Source: Nitrospinaceae bacterium
GTDB lineage: Bacteria > Nitrospinota > Nitrospinia > Nitrospinales > Nitrospinaceae
Length of the DNA: 64,000 nt
Direction: 5' to 3'
Assembly: GCA_965237905.1 (NCBI GenBank)
Contig: OZ250172.1
Span: forward strand, 1,600,001-1,664,000
The notes under the pieces were generated by a model. It did not search any database and was not told the origin of the DNA. It saw only the letters and a list, made by a program, of their open reading frames with translations. Made by a program: the position numbers and the translations under genes. This document shows, piece by piece, positions 61,898-64,000 of this stretch (within the stretch, counting starts at the first letter, position 1; every line of letters begins with the position of its first letter).

Positions 61898-62755
61898 TTA
61901 AAGATTATTGGCTTTTTTAAATGCGCTCAAGGTATTTTTCATCAGCATGGCGATGGTCATGGGTCCGACCCCGCCGGGTACGGGTGTGATGAACGCCGCC
62001 TTCTCTGCTACCGCATCGAAATCGACGTCTCCGACCAGTTTGCCGTCGACCCGGTTAATGCCGACGTCAATGACCGTTGCGCCTTCCCCCACCATGTCCG
62101 CTGTTACAAATTTGGGTTTGCCGATGGCCGCGACTAAAATATCAGCCGACCGCGCCACGGCGGAAAGATCGCGCGTGCGCGAGTGGCAAATGGTGACGGT
62201 GGCGTGGCGCTTCAACAATAGAGAGGCCATGGGCTTGCCGACGATGTTGCTCCGGCCGAGGATCACCGCGTGCTTGCCTTCGATACCGATCTTGTAAAAA
62301 TCCAGCATTTCAATAATGCCCACCGGGGTGCAGGGCGCCAGCGCATCGCCGCCGCTGGTCAGGTAACCGACATTGACCGGATGAAAGCCGTCGACGTCCT
62401 TTTTCGGATCAATCGCTTCCAGCACCTTTTGTTCGTTGATATGACCCGGTAGCGGCAGTTGCACGAGGATGCCGTTGACTTCCGGGTTGGCGTTCAATTC
62501 GGCGATCAATTTCAACAGTTTGGTTTCTTCGGTATCAGCGGCAAGAGTGTGCGAGAAATTCTGAAATCCCATCTTGTCGCAGGTTTTGTTTTTGTTTTTA
62601 ACGTACACCGCGGAAGCGGGGTCTTCGCCCACCAGCACCACCGCCAATCCGGGGACTTTCCCCATCTGTTGTTTCAATTTTTCGACTTCGTCGGCCACCT
62701 GTTCCTTGATATCCGCCGAAACTTTTTTACCGTCGATCAGGGTCATCACATCCAT
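61898..62755 (-). CDS. folD: Methylene-THF dehydrogenase/cyclohydrolase
   Basis: [36 protein letters not shown]. Confidence 0.98.
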   Translation of the reverse strand: MDVMTLIDGKKVSADIKEQVADEVEKLKQQMGKVPGLAVVLVGEDPASAVYVKNKNKTCDKMGFQNFSHTLAADTEETKLLKLIAELNANPEVNGILVQLPLPGHINEQKVLEAIDPKKDVDGFHPVNVGYLTSGGDALAPCTPVGIIEMLDFYKIGIEGKHAVILGRSNIVGKPMASLLLKRHATVTICHSRTRDLSAVARSADILVAAIGKPKFVTADMVGEGATVIDVGINRVDGKLVGDVDFDAVAEKAAFITPVPGGVGPMTIAMLMKNTLSAFKKANNL

Positions 62756-62952
62756 CGCTCCACCGTTCTTATAATGAAGGTCAACAAGGTTTGCTCTAGC
62801 GGCCCCATCTTACCAGAACCGGGATTAAATGTGACGGGGGAAGTCGGAAGGGATTGTTTTTTCAGGATAAGGAAATCTGAAAACTTTGTATCAGGGATGA
62901 GATACGGCTCACAAGGTTTTGAAATACGGGAGGGAAGAACGACAGGGGACTA

Positions 62953-63810
62953 TTAAGAACCATCAAAAAACAGGCCGACAATTCCTTGGTACTGTTGGAT
63001 CACCTTGTCCTTCATGAATTCAAAATCGTCTGAATTGAGTCCGATGATCTCCCAACTTTTGGGATACAGTTGCGGCTCGCTGAACTCGGCATCGCTGGTC
63101 GCATGCAGAACGTGAACAATATAATCGGAGGTGTGGATAATAGCCGCATCGACGGGAAACTCTTTAGCAGTTTGAGGTTGATGGTGACAGCCCACCGCCT
63201 CGACCAGGCGCGGCGGCAGTTTCCAGGCCTTCAACAATTCCCGGCCGACATCCGCATGATCGAAACCCATCAATTCCCGCTCAGACAGGTATATGTTTTC
63301 CTGATGTTCTTTGCTCCGGTAAAAGGCGTCCCGCGCCAGAGCCGGCTCCTGTTTGAAAATCACCAACCGGCCGATGTCGTGCAGGATACCGGCCAGGTAG
63401 AACCGTTCGATATTTTTCTCGCTCCGAAACTCGGCAATAGACCGGGCCACCACGCCGCACGCTATACTGTGCCGCCAGAATTTTCCCATGTTGAACAGGC
63501 TGTTGGGAATACCCCGGAATTGATGAGTCACCAGGGTGGCCAAAGCCAGATCGGTGAGTTGATCCATGCCGATGATCGAAGTCGCATGGGAAATGGTTTC
63601 GATAGTTGATGGGAATCCGTAAAATGGACTGTTGACGATTTTGAGCAGACGCGCGGAGAGGGCAGGATCGAAACTGATGATATCGCCCAGGTCCTGGAAG
63701 GTTTTGTCGGGATTGCTCAGAGCTGACTGAAGTTCGAAATAGATCTTTGGCAATGAAAAGATGACTTCATCTTCTTCGCCGATCAAGTCTTGTGGGTGGC
63801 TCAAGCTCAT
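62953..63810 (-). CDS. HDOD domain protein
   Basis: SLP, DPALSARLLKIVNS.FYG, FW.HS, GILHDIG, W.LP. Confidence 0.92.
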   Translation of the reverse strand: MSLSHPQDLIGEEDEVIFSLPKIYFELQSALSNPDKTFQDLGDIISFDPALSARLLKIVNSPFYGFPSTIETISHATSIIGMDQLTDLALATLVTHQFRGIPNSLFNMGKFWRHSIACGVVARSIAEFRSEKNIERFYLAGILHDIGRLVIFKQEPALARDAFYRSKEHQENIYLSERELMGFDHADVGRELLKAWKLPPRLVEAVGCHHQPQTAKEFPVDAAIIHTSDYIVHVLHATSDAEFSEPQLYPKSWEIIGLNSDDFEFMKDKVIQQYQGIVGLFFDGS

Positions 63811-63869
63811 ACCGGTTCTCTATTCCAATTAAAGTCAGTGAAACACGTTGGGTAAAAGGGAGACGCGGA

Positions 63870-64000
63870 TCAGCTGATTCCCAGCTCCTTGATCAACCGG
63901 GAAAGGTAAGATCGCTGGACCTCCAGGATTTTTGCGGCCTGGGTCCGATTCCCCTTGGTCGATTGGAGAGTATTGAAAATGAACGATTTTCTGAAGGAGT
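63870..64000 (-). CDS. C-terminal Fis-type HTH of a probable sigma-54 activator (5' end outside the window)
   Basis: Manual translation: SFRKSFIFNTLQSTKGNRTQAAKILEVQRSYLSRLIKELGIS-stop. Confidence 0.8.
   Translation of the reverse strand, partial: SFRKSFIFNTLQSTKGNRTQAAKILEVQRSYLSRLIKELGIS

Overview
Bacterial chromosomal window with no CRISPR array, rRNA, transposase or integrase. Protein style and gene order suggest a Nitrospina-like or deltaproteobacteria-like organism; this is an unverified inference. Left to right: (1) a DciA/DUF721-TM-TPR fusion and a GT-C-type membrane protein; (2) a ~16.7 kb accessory island (4180-20846) with one PAS-AAA+-Fis sigma-54 activator, three near-identical enhancer plus -24/-12 promoter modules, a decayed copy of the activator's 5' end, a TetR unit, and about 20 small redox/detox genes; (3) a separate sigma-54 promoter ahead of two small membrane proteins, and a TPR/SH3 lipoprotein; (4) TPP riboswitch-thiS-thiG-thiE-thiC; (5) tRNA-Val, thrS-infC-rpmI-rplT-pheS, with no pheT; (6) a seven-gene type II FAS cluster (KS, ACP, two coupled phytoene-desaturase-like FAD enzymes, FabG, FabZ, FabI), my best candidate for an undescribed pathway; (7) housekeeping genes rpsB-tsf-pyrH-frr-uppS-cdsA-dxr-ispF, PPi-type PFK, rimO, mlaC, recN, gpmA, folD-xseA-xseB-tlyA-dcd, a degenerate HD-GYP and an HDOD protein. 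Two genes are broken by 1-nt homopolymer frameshifts (C8 at 54336, A9 at 60195). All calls come from motif recognition by eye; no searches were run.
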